Positions 49,024-61,089 of a stretch of 64,000 nt of DNA are shown piece after piece (position 1 is the stretch's first letter; each line of letters starts with the position of its first letter). The notes below the pieces were generated by a model, which was not told where the DNA came from, ran no database searches, and worked only from the letters and a program-made list of their open reading frames with translations. This DNA is from Alphaproteobacteria bacterium. Lineage in GTDB: Bacteria > Pseudomonadota > Alphaproteobacteria > GCA-2731375. The stretch covers positions 1,184,001 through 1,248,000 of the forward strand of contig CBDDPY010000002.1 of assembly GCA_965232515.1 (NCBI GenBank). Direction: 5' to 3'. A program made the translations under genes and the position numbers.

Positions 49024-50058
49024 ATGTCACAGACAAGCAAGTTGCTGACGACGGCCATGGCGGCCGCCGCGATCGGATTGGCGCTGGGCGGCGCGGCCGC
49101 GGCGCAGGACAAGACCTTTTTGACCATGGACAGCTTTCCGGCCGGCACCACGACCGGGCAGTTCGGCATCGCCTTCACCCAGATCGTGCAGAAGCACCTG
49201 CCGATCGACATTCAGGTCTCGACGGGCAAGCCGGCGACCAAGTCGGCCGTCGACGCGGCGAAACGTAAAGTCGACCTGTTCACGACGGCGCCGTCGATCA
49301 ATCACTTCATGCAGACAAATACGGCGATGTTCGCGAAGGTCGCCGACGCGCCCGCGCTGAACAAGGAGCTGCGCAACATCCTGAACTTCGCGCTCGGGCC
49401 TTATCACATCGTCGTCTACGAGGAGTCCGGCATCCGGTCGCTGAGCGACCTCAAGGGCAAGAAGGTGTTCCTCGGGCCGCCGGCCGGCGCGGCGACCAAG
49501 GTCGCGACCCAGATCGTCGAGGCGGCGACCGACCTAAAGCCCAGCGAGGACTTCGAGGTCATGCGCTATGACTGGAGCTCGGCAGAGACGGCCTTCATCG
49601 ACCGCCAGATGGACGTCCATATCGGGCCGACGACCATGCCGAGCCCGCAGATCCAGCAGTTCGCCCTGGTCTCCAAGATCCGGATTCTCGGCATTCCCGA
49701 CCATGCCTGGGAGCAACCGACGTTGAAGGCGGCGCTGGCGCTGCCAGGCCGGACGATCCACACGATTCCGACCGGTCTCTATGAAAACCAGGTCAACGAG
49801 GCGCCGGTAAAGACGATCGGCTCTTGGGTCGGCATCGGCACGCACAAGGAGCTCGACCCGGAGATCGTCTACCAGATGACCAAGACCTTCTGGGAGAACA
49901 TTGACGATGTCTATCAGACGGCCGCGTGGATGAAGACGATCACGCCGGAAACGATCTTCAACGAATCCAATATCCCGCTGCATGTCGGCGCCTACCGCTA
50001 CTACAAGGAAGCGGGCTTTGCCGTGCCGGCGGACCAGATCCCGCCGGAAGCCAAATGA
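49024..50058 (+). CDS. TAXI family TRAP solute-binding protein
   Basis: Signal peptide, DLKGKKVFLGPPAG, VYQMTKTFWEN, PLHVGAYRYYKE. Confidence 0.88.
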   Translation: MSQTSKLLTTAMAAAAIGLALGGAAAAQDKTFLTMDSFPAGTTTGQFGIAFTQIVQKHLPIDIQVSTGKPATKSAVDAAKRKVDLFTTAPSINHFMQTNTAMFAKVADAPALNKELRNILNFALGPYHIVVYEESGIRSLSDLKGKKVFLGPPAGAATKVATQIVEAATDLKPSEDFEVMRYDWSSAETAFIDRQMDVHIGPTTMPSPQIQQFALVSKIRILGIPDHAWEQPTLKAALALPGRTIHTIPTGLYENQVNEAPVKTIGSWVGIGTHKELDPEIVYQMTKTFWENIDDVYQTAAWMKTITPETIFNESNIPLHVGAYRYYKEAGFAVPADQIPPEAK

Positions 50059-50062
50059 GTCG

Positions 50063-50097
50063 ACGGGCCGCGGCGGCCAAAAACGCCGCGGCCCGCT
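50063..50097 (+). terminator. GC-rich hairpin after the TAXI gene
   Basis: CGGGCCGCGGCG-GCCAAAAA-CGCCGCGGCCCG followed by CTCTT. Confidence 0.55.
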
Positions 50098-50127
50098 CTT
50101 CGTTCCAATAACTGTCAGGAAAGCGAC

Positions 50128-52227
50128 ATGGGCAAGGACAGCCTGCGCCGCGTCTTCGAGGCCGGCTCCGTCGCCGTCATTGGGGCGTCCAGCGATCCGA
50201 CCCGCATCGGCGGCCGGCCGGTGGCCATGCTGAAGGCGCATGGTTTCGACGGGCCGGTCTATCCGATCAACCCGAACCGCGACGAGATACAGGGCCTGCC
50301 GGCCTATGCCGCGATCGGCGACGTGCCGGGTCCCGTGGATCTGGCGATCTGCGCGGTGCCGGGCGCGATGGTCGAAGACGTGCTGGGCCAGTGCGCCGCG
50401 AAGGGCGTCGGCGGGGTCGTGGTCTTCGCCGGCGGCTTCGCCGAGGTCGGCGGCGAGGGTGTGGAACAGCAGGCGCGGCTGACAGCCATCGCCCGCGAGA
50501 CCGGCCTGCGCCTGATCGGTCCGAACTGCATGGGTTTCGCCAATTTCGGCCGCCACCTGATGGCGAGCTTCCATCCGGCCTTCGCGCTCGAAATGCCGAC
50601 GGGGCGGATCGGCCTGGTCAGCCAGTCCGGCGCGTTTGGCGGCCTGTCGAGCATGATGGCGGTCGAGCGCGGCGTCGGTTTCAGCCACGCGCTGACCACC
50701 GGTAACGAGGCCGACGTCGACGCCGCCGACTGCCTGGCGTTTCTGGCCGAGGACCGGGCGACGGACGTGATCCTGCTGTATCTCGAGGGCGTCCGCAACG
50801 GCCCGGCCATGCTCGACGCGCTGGCGCTGGCCCGCGCGAACCGCAAGCCGGTCATCGTCGTCAAGCTGGGCCGTACCGAGGCGGGCGCCCGAGCGGCGCA
50901 GTCGCATACCTCGGCGCTGGCCGGGACCGACCGGGTGTTCGAGGCGGTGTTCCGGCAGTTCGGGGCCTATCGCGCCAACTCGATCGAAGAATTCTACGGC
51001 ATCGCCGCGGCACTGGCCGTCGGCGGGTTGCCGAAGGGAAATCGGGTTGGCCTGGTCACCGTCTCGGGCGGCGTCGGCGTGCTGATGGCGGACGACGCGG
51101 CCGCCCGCGGCCTCGACGTGGCGCCGATGCCCGCGGCGACACAGCGGACGTTCAAGGAGATCGTGCCCTATGCCGGCGTCAACAACCCGCTGGACGTCAC
51201 CGGCCAGATCATCAATCAGCCGGAATTGATGAACACGGCGCTGCGGCTGGTGCTGGACGAGGCGGACTACGACGCCATCGTCGGCTTTCAAGGCGCCACG
51301 CTGGCGGCCGGCGACGCCGTCATCGACGAAAAGCTCGACATGTGGCGCGGCCTGAAGCGGGATTATCCCGACAAGTTCCTCTGCGTCGCCGGTCTGGCCA
51401 GACCGGACGTGCAAGCAAGGTTCGAGGCGGCAGGCCTGCCGCTCTGCGTCGAGCCGACGCACGCGACCCGCGCCGCCGCGGCCGGCGCGCATTTCGCCGA
51501 CGCCTTCGCGCGTCCGCCGGGCTGGACCGGCCGACCGAGCACCGGCGGTGCATCGACGCTGCCCAGCGGGCCGCTGACCGAAGTCCAGGCCATGCAGATC
51601 CTTGGCGCCGCCGGCCTGCCGATGACGCCGCACCGGCTTGCCGTGACGGCCGATGAAGCGGTCGCGGCGGCGGAAGCGCTGGGGCTGCCGGTGGCGATGA
51701 AGATCGTTTCGCCCGACATCCTGCACAAAACCGAGATCGGCGGCGTGCGCCTGAACCTCGCCTCGGCGGATGCCGTCCGCAGCGCATTCGCCGAGATCAC
51801 GGATGCGGCCAGGAACCGCGCGCCCCGCGCCGCGATCGCCGGCTGCCTGGTCGCCCCGATGCTGACCGGCGGTGTCGAGACCATTCTCGGCATCCACATG
51901 GACCCGGTGTTCGGGCCGCTGGTGATGTTCGGTCTCGGCGGCGTCCTGGTGGAAGTGCTGGAGGACGTGAGCTTCCGCGTCGCGCCCTTCGACGACGGCG
52001 AGGCGCATCGCATGATCGACGAAATCAAGGGCCGCGCGGTGCTGGACGGCGTGCGCGGTGCGCCGGCCGCCGATATCGACGCATTGGCGGCGGCGCTGGC
52101 GACGCTGTCGCGGTTTGCCGCCGCGCAGGCCGACCGGCTGCTGTCGGTGGATCTCAATCCGTTCGTCGTATTGCCGAGCGGCGAGGGGGCGGTGGCGCTG
52201 GACGCGGTGCTGGAGGTGCGGAGTTGA
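50128..52227 (+). CDS. Acyl-CoA ligase (ADP-forming), acetate-CoA ligase family
   Basis: SVAVIGAS, IGPNCMG, SQSGA, SHTSALAG, NPLD, HKTEIGGV, DLNP. Confidence 0.9.
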   Translation: MGKDSLRRVFEAGSVAVIGASSDPTRIGGRPVAMLKAHGFDGPVYPINPNRDEIQGLPAYAAIGDVPGPVDLAICAVPGAMVEDVLGQCAAKGVGGVVVFAGGFAEVGGEGVEQQARLTAIARETGLRLIGPNCMGFANFGRHLMASFHPAFALEMPTGRIGLVSQSGAFGGLSSMMAVERGVGFSHALTTGNEADVDAADCLAFLAEDRATDVILLYLEGVRNGPAMLDALALARANRKPVIVVKLGRTEAGARAAQSHTSALAGTDRVFEAVFRQFGAYRANSIEEFYGIAAALAVGGLPKGNRVGLVTVSGGVGVLMADDAAARGLDVAPMPAATQRTFKEIVPYAGVNNPLDVTGQIINQPELMNTALRLVLDEADYDAIVGFQGATLAAGDAVIDEKLDMWRGLKRDYPDKFLCVAGLARPDVQARFEAAGLPLCVEPTHATRAAAAGAHFADAFARPPGWTGRPSTGGASTLPSGPLTEVQAMQILGAAGLPMTPHRLAVTADEAVAAAEALGLPVAMKIVSPDILHKTEIGGVRLNLASADAVRSAFAEITDAARNRAPRAAIAGCLVAPMLTGGVETILGIHMDPVFGPLVMFGLGGVLVEVLEDVSFRVAPFDDGEAHRMIDEIKGRAVLDGVRGAPAADIDALAAALATLSRFAAAQADRLLSVDLNPFVVLPSGEGAVALDAVLEVRS

Positions 52228-53300
52228 CTGACAATACGTTGATGGCGCGGCTGGGACTGCGCCATCCGATCTTTGGCTTCGCCCATTCGGTGGACGTGGT
52301 CTGTGCGCTGGCCGAGGCGGGATGTATCGGCATCTACGGCGCGACGCGAGACACGCCGGAAGAGATCGCCGAGCGGCTGGCGCTGATCCGCCGACGCGTG
52401 GGCGACAAACCGTTTGGCGTCGACCTGGTGTTGCCGCGCGGCATGCCGGCGACCGCCGACAAGCGCGCGGTCGAGGCCGAACTGCCGGATGGGCACAAGG
52501 CCTTCGTCCAGCACCTCTATGACAAGTACCAGGTGCCGCCGGCGAGCGGACCCGGCATGCGCTCGCGTTTCCTACGCTCCGAGGAAATCGCCGAGCGCCA
52601 GATCGCCGCGGTGCTGGCCTCCGACGTCGACCTGTTCGCCTGCGGCATCGGCGCGCCGGCCGACGTGGTGGCCAAGGCCAGGGCCGACGGCAAGCTGACC
52701 GCCGCGCTGATCGGCAGCCCGCGGCATGCGCGCATGGCGCTCGACGCGGGCGTCGACATGATCGTCGCCCAGGGCTATGACGCCGGCGGTCATACCGGTC
52801 CGATCGGCACCTTCACCCTGGTGCCGCAGATCGTCGACCTCGCCGGCGAGGTGCCCGTGCTGGCGGCGGGCGGCGTGGCGACGGGCCAGCATATCGCCGC
52901 GGCGCTGGCCATGGGAGCGCAGGGCGTCTGGACCGGCTCGCTGTGGCTGGGCACGGCCGAGCACGAGATGGGCCCGATGCTGCGCGCCAAGCTGCTGGCC
53001 GCCGGCAGCGAGGACACCGTCATCAGCCGGTCCGATTCCGGCAAGACCATGCGCATGATCCGCTCGGCCTGGTCCGACGAATGGGATGCGCCGGACGCGC
53101 CGAAGCCGCTGTCGATGCCGCACCACGACATCCTGATCGGCGACCTGCTGGGCGCCGTCACCGAGCACGAGGTCGAGCCGCTGCTGCATTACCCGGCCGG
53201 CCAGTCGATCGCCTTCGTCAACGAGCTGCGCCCGGTCGCCGCCGTCGTCGCCGAGCTTGTCACCGAAACCGAGCGGGCCATGCGGCGGCTACGCCGCTGA
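52224..53300 (+). CDS. Nitronate monooxygenase / enoyl-ACP reductase II-like flavoprotein
   Basis: AQGYDAGGHTG, VLAAGG, MGAQGVWTGS. Confidence 0.85.
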   Translation: MTDNTLMARLGLRHPIFGFAHSVDVVCALAEAGCIGIYGATRDTPEEIAERLALIRRRVGDKPFGVDLVLPRGMPATADKRAVEAELPDGHKAFVQHLYDKYQVPPASGPGMRSRFLRSEEIAERQIAAVLASDVDLFACGIGAPADVVAKARADGKLTAALIGSPRHARMALDAGVDMIVAQGYDAGGHTGPIGTFTLVPQIVDLAGEVPVLAAGGVATGQHIAAALAMGAQGVWTGSLWLGTAEHEMGPMLRAKLLAAGSEDTVISRSDSGKTMRMIRSAWSDEWDAPDAPKPLSMPHHDILIGDLLGAVTEHEVEPLLHYPAGQSIAFVNELRPVAAVVAELVTETERAMRRLRR

Positions 53301-53330
53301 CGCCGCCGCGCGAGAGGAGAGAGAACACCT

Positions 53331-55607
53331 ATGAGCTACAAGCACCCCGCCGAGCCGGAATTCGGCGGCCATATCGGCCGCACGCACGCGGAATCGGAGC
53401 CCTGGTGGCCGGCGCCGACGCTGCCCGAGAATGCCCCCAACATCGTCGTTGTCGTCCTGGACGACACGGGCTTCGCCCATTTCGGTTGCTATGGCTCCGA
53501 TATCGAGACGCCGAACGTGGACCGCCTGGCCGCCAACGGCCTGCGCTATACCGGCTTCCATACCACGGCGCTCTGCTCGCCGACCCGGGCCTGCCTGCTG
53601 ACCGGGCGCAACCATCACGCCGTGCGCATGCGCGCGATCTCGAACATGGACACCGGCTTTCCGCACATGCGCGGGGCCATTCCGCGCTCGGCGGCGACGC
53701 TGGCCGAGGTGCTGCGCGACCAAGGCTACGCCACCTTCGCGGCCGGCAAGTGGCACCTGGCGCCGATGGCCGAGTGCTCGGCCGCCGGGCCGTTCCGCAA
53801 CTGGCCGCTGCAGCGCGGCTTCGACCGCTATTACGGCTTCATGCAGGGCGAGACCGATCAGTTCCGGCCGGAGCTGACCATCGATAATCACTTCGCCGAT
53901 CCGCCGGGCGGCCCCGCGGACGGCTACCACGTGTCGGAAGACATCACCGACCGGGCCATCGGCATGATGCGCGACGTCATCTCGCTGGTGCCGGAACGGC
54001 CGTTTTTCCTCTACCTCGCCTACGGCGCCACCCATTCGCCGCACCAGGTGCCGGCGGACTGGCTGGCGAAGTACCGCGGGCGCTTCGATACGGGCTGGGA
54101 CGCGGCGCGCGAGACCTGGTTCGCGCGCCAGCTGGAGATGGGCGTGGTGCCGGACGGCACCCGCCTGGCGGGACGTAATCCGGGCGTCAAACCCTGGGAC
54201 GATCTGAGCGACAACGAGCGCGCCTTCGCCGCCCGCCTGCAGGAAGCCTTCGCCGCCATGCTCGACCATACCGACCATCAGATCGGTCGGCTCGTGACCT
54301 TCCTGGAGGCGACGGGGCAGTTGGACAACACGCTGCTGCTAGTGATGTCGGACAACGGCGCCAGCCAGGAGGGCGGCCAGACCGGCGTGCTGGACGAGAT
54401 GCGCTATTTCAATGGCCTGAAGGAAGACGTCGACGCCGCCGTGGCGCAGCTCGACGATATCGGCGGCCCGAAGAGCCACAGCAACATCCCGTGGGGCTGG
54501 GCCCAGGCCGGCAACACGCCGTTGAAATGGTACAAGCAGAACACCCATGGCGGCGGCGTCCGGGACCCGCTGGTGGTGCACTGGCCGGCCCGCCTGAAAG
54601 AACCGGGCGGCCTGCGGCACGGCTTCTGTCATGCCATCGACATCATGCCGACGGTGCTCGACCTGCTCGGCACCGCGCTGCCCGACAGCGTCGCCGGCGT
54701 GCCGCAGATGCCGCTGCACGGCGCCAGCCTGACGCCGACCTTCGACGACGCGGACGCCCGGCCGGCCCGCGACACACAGTATTTCGAGATGCTGGGCCAC
54801 CGGGGCATCTGGCACAAAGGTTGGAAGGCGGTGACCCGCCACAAGCATGGCACACCGTTCGACGACGATGCCTGGGAGCTCTATCGCCTGGACGACGATT
54901 TCTCGGAATGCAACGACCTGGCCGCGGCCGAGCCGGCGCGGCTGAAGGAGATGACGGACCTGTGGTGGTCGGAGGCCGAGCGCCACGGCGTGCTGCCGCT
55001 CGACGACCGCGGCGCCGCCCTGCTGTTCCGCGCCTCGCGTCGGCCCGGCATGCCGACGGCACGGCACCGCTTCGTCTATCACCCGCCGGTCAGCCACATC
55101 GTCGCCGATGCCTGCCCGTCGACGGCGCGCGGCTGGACCACCATCGTCGAGCTGGAACATGTCGCCGACGCCGAGAACGGCGCGCTGATCGCCCGCGGCA
55201 CCATCAACAGCGGCTTCGTGCTGTATCTCGCCGACGGCCGGCTGCATTTCGACTACAACCTGTTCCGCGAACATGTCGTCGTCGCGGCATCCGAACCGCT
55301 GACGCCCGGCCGGCACACGATCCGCCTCGACGTCGTTCGCGGCGACGACGGCGCGGCCGATATGCATCTGTCGGTCGACGGCGAGCGGGTCGGGTCCGGT
55401 CAAGCACCGATGCTGCTACGGATCCTGTCGAGCACCGGCATGGACATTGGCCGGAGCTGGGCGCCGATCAACGAATCCTACGAGGCGCCGTTCGCCTATG
55501 GCGGCCAGATTACGAAAGTGATCTTCGAACTGCCGCGCAGCGTCTCGCCCGCCGACGCCGCGGCGGACGCGGCCGCCGAGGGCCGGGCGGCCATGACGCG
55601 CCAATAG
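53331..55607 (+). CDS. Arylsulfatase (Cys-type)
   Basis: PNIVVVVLDDTG, LCSPTRACLLTGR FGly motif, GKWHL, SDNGAS. Confidence 0.92.
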   Translation: MSYKHPAEPEFGGHIGRTHAESEPWWPAPTLPENAPNIVVVVLDDTGFAHFGCYGSDIETPNVDRLAANGLRYTGFHTTALCSPTRACLLTGRNHHAVRMRAISNMDTGFPHMRGAIPRSAATLAEVLRDQGYATFAAGKWHLAPMAECSAAGPFRNWPLQRGFDRYYGFMQGETDQFRPELTIDNHFADPPGGPADGYHVSEDITDRAIGMMRDVISLVPERPFFLYLAYGATHSPHQVPADWLAKYRGRFDTGWDAARETWFARQLEMGVVPDGTRLAGRNPGVKPWDDLSDNERAFAARLQEAFAAMLDHTDHQIGRLVTFLEATGQLDNTLLLVMSDNGASQEGGQTGVLDEMRYFNGLKEDVDAAVAQLDDIGGPKSHSNIPWGWAQAGNTPLKWYKQNTHGGGVRDPLVVHWPARLKEPGGLRHGFCHAIDIMPTVLDLLGTALPDSVAGVPQMPLHGASLTPTFDDADARPARDTQYFEMLGHRGIWHKGWKAVTRHKHGTPFDDDAWELYRLDDDFSECNDLAAAEPARLKEMTDLWWSEAERHGVLPLDDRGAALLFRASRRPGMPTARHRFVYHPPVSHIVADACPSTARGWTTIVELEHVADAENGALIARGTINSGFVLYLADGRLHFDYNLFREHVVVAASEPLTPGRHTIRLDVVRGDDGAADMHLSVDGERVGSGQAPMLLRILSSTGMDIGRSWAPINESYEAPFAYGGQITKVIFELPRSVSPADAAADAAAEGRAAMTRQ

Positions 55608-55615
55608 GCGCGCGG

Positions 55616-57364
<1,749 letters not shown>

Positions 57365-57632
57365 ATCCGCCTCCCAAACGAGCTTTGTGTCGCCGGACGC
57401 GCCGGCGTTTGTCAGCAATATAGTGTGCCCGCCGGGCGCGTGCAGCGCGTTTTACCGATCCTCGAACGCCATGCTAGGATTCGCCGGTCTGTGGGATGTC
57501 GACGAATAGCGGCGCCTGGCAGGCCGAGGCAGATTGATAGTCACGTCTCGAAAGCGCCATCGCGGCGGTCGAGACGGCCATCGGGGGTCAACGCACGCCA
57601 ATTTCCAGCCATCACTAACCGGGAGGACTGCA

Positions 57633-59210
57633 ATGCATAGAACAATGAAAGCATTGGTCGGCACGTCGATAGCCATGTTGCTGTCGATGTCGGCCCACGC
57701 GGAGTCGGTACTCAAGGTGTCGGTGCACGCCGACCTGAAGAACATCGATCCGATCTGGACCACCGCCCTGATTACGCAGAACCATGGCGCGGCGATCTAC
57801 GACACGCTGTTCGCGCCGGATGAAAACTTCCAGATCCAGCCGCAGATGGCCGAGAGCTACAGCGTCGTCGACGACGGACTGACCTACATCATCAAGCTGC
57901 GCGAGGGATTGAAGTGGCATGACGGCAGCCCGGTGACGGCGGCCGACTGCATCGCCTCGCTGGAACGCTGGGGCCAGCGTGACGGCATGGGCCAGATCCT
58001 GATGCAGAAGCTGGAGAAGATGGAGGCGGTGGACGACGGCACCATCAAGCTGACGCTGAAAGAGCCTTGGGCGATGACAATCACCGCACTGGGCAAGGAC
58101 ACGGCCAACGTGCCGTTCATGATGCCGGCGCACATCGCCAAGACGGACGCCTTCTCGCAGATCGAGGACATGACCGGCTCGGGTCCGTTCAAGATCATCA
58201 AGGACGAGTGGGTGCCCGGCGTCCGGGTCATCTACACCAAGAATGAGGATTATGTGCCGCGCAACGAGGCCGCCAGCAACATGGCCGGCGGCAAGGCCGT
58301 CCATGTCGACCGGCTGGAATGGCACTATATCCCGGATGCGGCGACGGCGATGAACGCGCTGCAGGCCGGCGAGATCGATCTGATCGAGAACCTGGCCGCC
58401 GACCTGGTGCCGATCGCCCAGGAAGCCGAGGGTGTGACGGTCGAGACCACGGACAAGCTCGGCTGGCAGGCCTGGATGGTGATCAACCACCTGCACCCGC
58501 CGTTCGACAACGTGAAGGCGCGCCAGGCGCTGCAGCACATGGTCGACCAGGCGACCTATCAGCAGGCCAACAGCTCGATCCCGAATTCGTGGCGGACCTG
58601 TCCGGCATTCTTCGTCTGCGAGACGCCGTACGCCGACGATTCCGGCTCGGAGCGCCTGATGAACCAGGACTTCGAGGCCGCCAAGCGGCTGATGAAGGAG
58701 TCGGGCTATGCCGGCGAGCCGGTCGTGCTGCTGCACCCGACCGACATCCCGCAGCTGCATTCGGCGACGCTGGTGACCGCCAACCTTCTGCGCAAGATCG
58801 ACGTCAACGTGGACGTGCAGGCGATGGACTGGTCGACGCTGACCTCGCGGCGGGCCGAGAAGAAGAGCCCGGAGGACGGCGGCTGGAACCTGTTCCACAC
58901 GGCCTGGCCGGCGACGGCGCTGATGAACCCGCTGGTGCATAACGGCGTGTCGGGCAGCTGCGACAAGGCCTGGTTCGGCTGGCCCTGCGATCAGGAGCTG
59001 CAGGACCTGCGTTCGAAGTTCTCCAGCGAGTCCAATCCCGACAACCTGGTGGTGCTGGCGAAGCAGATGCAGGCCCGGGCCATGGACCAAGTCACCTACG
59101 TGCCGGTGGGCCAGTACTTCTTCTTCCGCGCCTACCGGGACAACGTCTCCGGCGTGATTCCGTCGGTGGTGTCCTATTTCTGGAACATCGAAATGGGCGC
59201 CAAGAAGTAG
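57633..59210 (+). CDS. ABC substrate-binding protein family 5 (no adjacent permeases)
   Basis: DPIWTTA, YDTLF, KLREGLKWHDG, GSGPFK, WFGWPCD. Confidence 0.9.
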   Translation: MHRTMKALVGTSIAMLLSMSAHAESVLKVSVHADLKNIDPIWTTALITQNHGAAIYDTLFAPDENFQIQPQMAESYSVVDDGLTYIIKLREGLKWHDGSPVTAADCIASLERWGQRDGMGQILMQKLEKMEAVDDGTIKLTLKEPWAMTITALGKDTANVPFMMPAHIAKTDAFSQIEDMTGSGPFKIIKDEWVPGVRVIYTKNEDYVPRNEAASNMAGGKAVHVDRLEWHYIPDAATAMNALQAGEIDLIENLAADLVPIAQEAEGVTVETTDKLGWQAWMVINHLHPPFDNVKARQALQHMVDQATYQQANSSIPNSWRTCPAFFVCETPYADDSGSERLMNQDFEAAKRLMKESGYAGEPVVLLHPTDIPQLHSATLVTANLLRKIDVNVDVQAMDWSTLTSRRAEKKSPEDGGWNLFHTAWPATALMNPLVHNGVSGSCDKAWFGWPCDQELQDLRSKFSSESNPDNLVVLAKQMQARAMDQVTYVPVGQYFFFRAYRDNVSGVIPSVVSYFWNIEMGAKK

Positions 59211-59224
59211 ACGCCTTCCACGAA

Positions 59225-59256
59225 CCGCCGCCATCTCCTTGCGAGATGGCGGCGGC
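59225..59256 (+). terminator. Hairpin after the SBP gene
   Basis: CCGCCGCCATCTC-CTTGC-GAGATGGCGGCGG followed by CGCCTTT. Confidence 0.55.
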
Positions 59257-59274
59257 GCCTTTGATGAGGTTCCG

Positions 59275-60687
59275 ATGAGCGCTGAAGAGCTTTGCTTCCA
59301 GCCGGCGTCCGAGCTCGCCGCCGATATCCGCAGCCGTCGCCTGTCGCCGGTCGAGCTGACCCAGGCCGTACTCGACCGGATCGAGGCGCTGAACCCCGTA
59401 CTGAACTGCTTCTGCCTGCCGACGCCGGATATTGCACTGGATCAGGCCAAGGCCGCCGAGCAGGCGGTGATGGACGGCCAGGCGCTGGGCGCCCTGCACG
59501 GCGTGCCGTATTCGATCAAGGACCTGCAGCCCACAAAGGGCGTCCGGACCATGCGCGGCTCGAAGATCTTCGAGAACGACGTGCCGGATTTCGATACTCC
59601 GCTGTCGCGCCGCATGCAGGCCGCGGGCGGGATTTTCCTGGGCAAGACCACGACGCCGGAATTCGGCTGGAAGGGTACCACCGACAGCCCGGTCACCGGC
59701 ATCACCCGCAATCCCTGGAATACCGATCGCACGCCGGGCGGCTCCAGCGGCGGCGCCGCGGCGCAGGTGGCGGCCGGCCTCGGCCCGCTGGCCCAGGGCG
59801 GCGACGGCGGCGGCTCGATCCGCATTCCGGCGGCGTTCAGCGGCATTTTCGGCATCAAGCCGACCCACGGCACGGTGCCGTACTACCCCATGCCGCACAA
59901 TGACCTGCTGTCGCACCTCGGCCCAATGACCCGGACGGTGACGGACGCGGCGCTGATGCTGGGCGCGATGGCCGGCTTCGATCCCGCTGACCGGTTCAGC
60001 CAGCCGCGACAGCGGACGGACTATCTCACCGACCTGCAGGCCGGCATCGCCGGCAAGAAGGTGTTCTGGAGCCCGACCATGGGTTACGCCAAGGTCGATC
60101 CTGAAGTTGCCGCCGCGACCGAACGGGCCGCGAAACGGTTCGCCGAACTGGGCGCCGAGGTGGACGAGGGCGATCCCGGATTCGGCGATCCGACAGCGTT
60201 CTTCCTGGTGATCTATGCCAGCGCCTTCGCCGCCGACCTCGGCCACCAGCTACCTGAATGGGAAGCCGAGATGGATCCCGGGCTGGTCGGTGTCGTGCGG
60301 CGCGGCATGGACTATTCCGCCGTGGATTTCATCCAGGCGCGAAACGAGCGGCTCGAGTTCTATGAAAAGGTCCGCCGGTTCTTCGAACGCTACGACCTGC
60401 TGCTGACGCCGGCGACGGCGGTACCGGCCTTCGCGGTCGGCCAGGTGGCGCCGGACCCGGGGGCGATGGATCTCGCCGACATGCTCGCCTGGACACCGTT
60501 CAGCTATCCGTTCAATGCGACCGGGCATCCGGCCGCCAGCGTGCCCTGCGGCTTTACGGACGACGGCCTGCCGGTCGGCCTGCAGATCGTCGGCCGGCTG
60601 CACGAGGACCAGCTTGTTTTGCAAGCGGCCGCGGCCTACGAACGGCTGGCCCCCTGGGCCGACAAACGGCCGGAATTGACCGCATAA
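59275..60687 (+). CDS. Amidase signature family protein
   Basis: GVPYSIKD, GKTTTPEFG, TPGGSSGG, GGDGGGSIRIPA. Confidence 0.92.
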   Translation: MSAEELCFQPASELAADIRSRRLSPVELTQAVLDRIEALNPVLNCFCLPTPDIALDQAKAAEQAVMDGQALGALHGVPYSIKDLQPTKGVRTMRGSKIFENDVPDFDTPLSRRMQAAGGIFLGKTTTPEFGWKGTTDSPVTGITRNPWNTDRTPGGSSGGAAAQVAAGLGPLAQGGDGGGSIRIPAAFSGIFGIKPTHGTVPYYPMPHNDLLSHLGPMTRTVTDAALMLGAMAGFDPADRFSQPRQRTDYLTDLQAGIAGKKVFWSPTMGYAKVDPEVAAATERAAKRFAELGAEVDEGDPGFGDPTAFFLVIYASAFAADLGHQLPEWEAEMDPGLVGVVRRGMDYSAVDFIQARNERLEFYEKVRRFFERYDLLLTPATAVPAFAVGQVAPDPGAMDLADMLAWTPFSYPFNATGHPAASVPCGFTDDGLPVGLQIVGRLHEDQLVLQAAAAYERLAPWADKRPELTA

Positions 60688-60861
60688 ATCTGGCCGATAC
60701 AACCGCTTTTAAGCGAACGCGCCACCGGCGCGGTCACATCCGGTCACGCTTGCGTCAGAAGTAACGAATGTCACTCGGACCGTCGCGGTCCGGCCACCAT
60801 CTCCTGGTCAACACGCCAACGACGCGCCGCCGCCAGCGCGGCGCATGACCGGAGATGAACC

Positions 60862-61068
60862 ATGTCGACACATCGCAATCATGCCATTCGCCTTGGTCTT
60901 CTGGGCACCGCTCTGGCGCTCGCCATCGTCGCCGCGTCCGGCGGCATCGCGCCGGCCGCCGCGGCAATGCCCCAGTCCGAGACCGTCGGCGCCGGGCAGG
61001 AAAGCACGCCGTCAATCACCCGGACGGCCCGCGAGAACGGCTTCGGACGCCGCGGCGGCGACCGGTAA
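60862..61068 (+). CDS. Small putative secreted peptide
   Basis: 68 aa, mostly signal-peptide-like, GGAG upstream; no recognised family. Confidence 0.35.
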   Translation: MSTHRNHAIRLGLLGTALALAIVAASGGIAPAAAAMPQSETVGAGQESTPSITRTARENGFGRRGGDR

Positions 61069-61089
61069 AACCGGCGCCTTGATCGCCGG

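Noticed and set aside
47449-50058. Apparent 869-aa ORF
   Set aside because: Only the part from 49024 (RBS GGGAGG, signal peptide) is the TAXI protein; the rest shadows the permease
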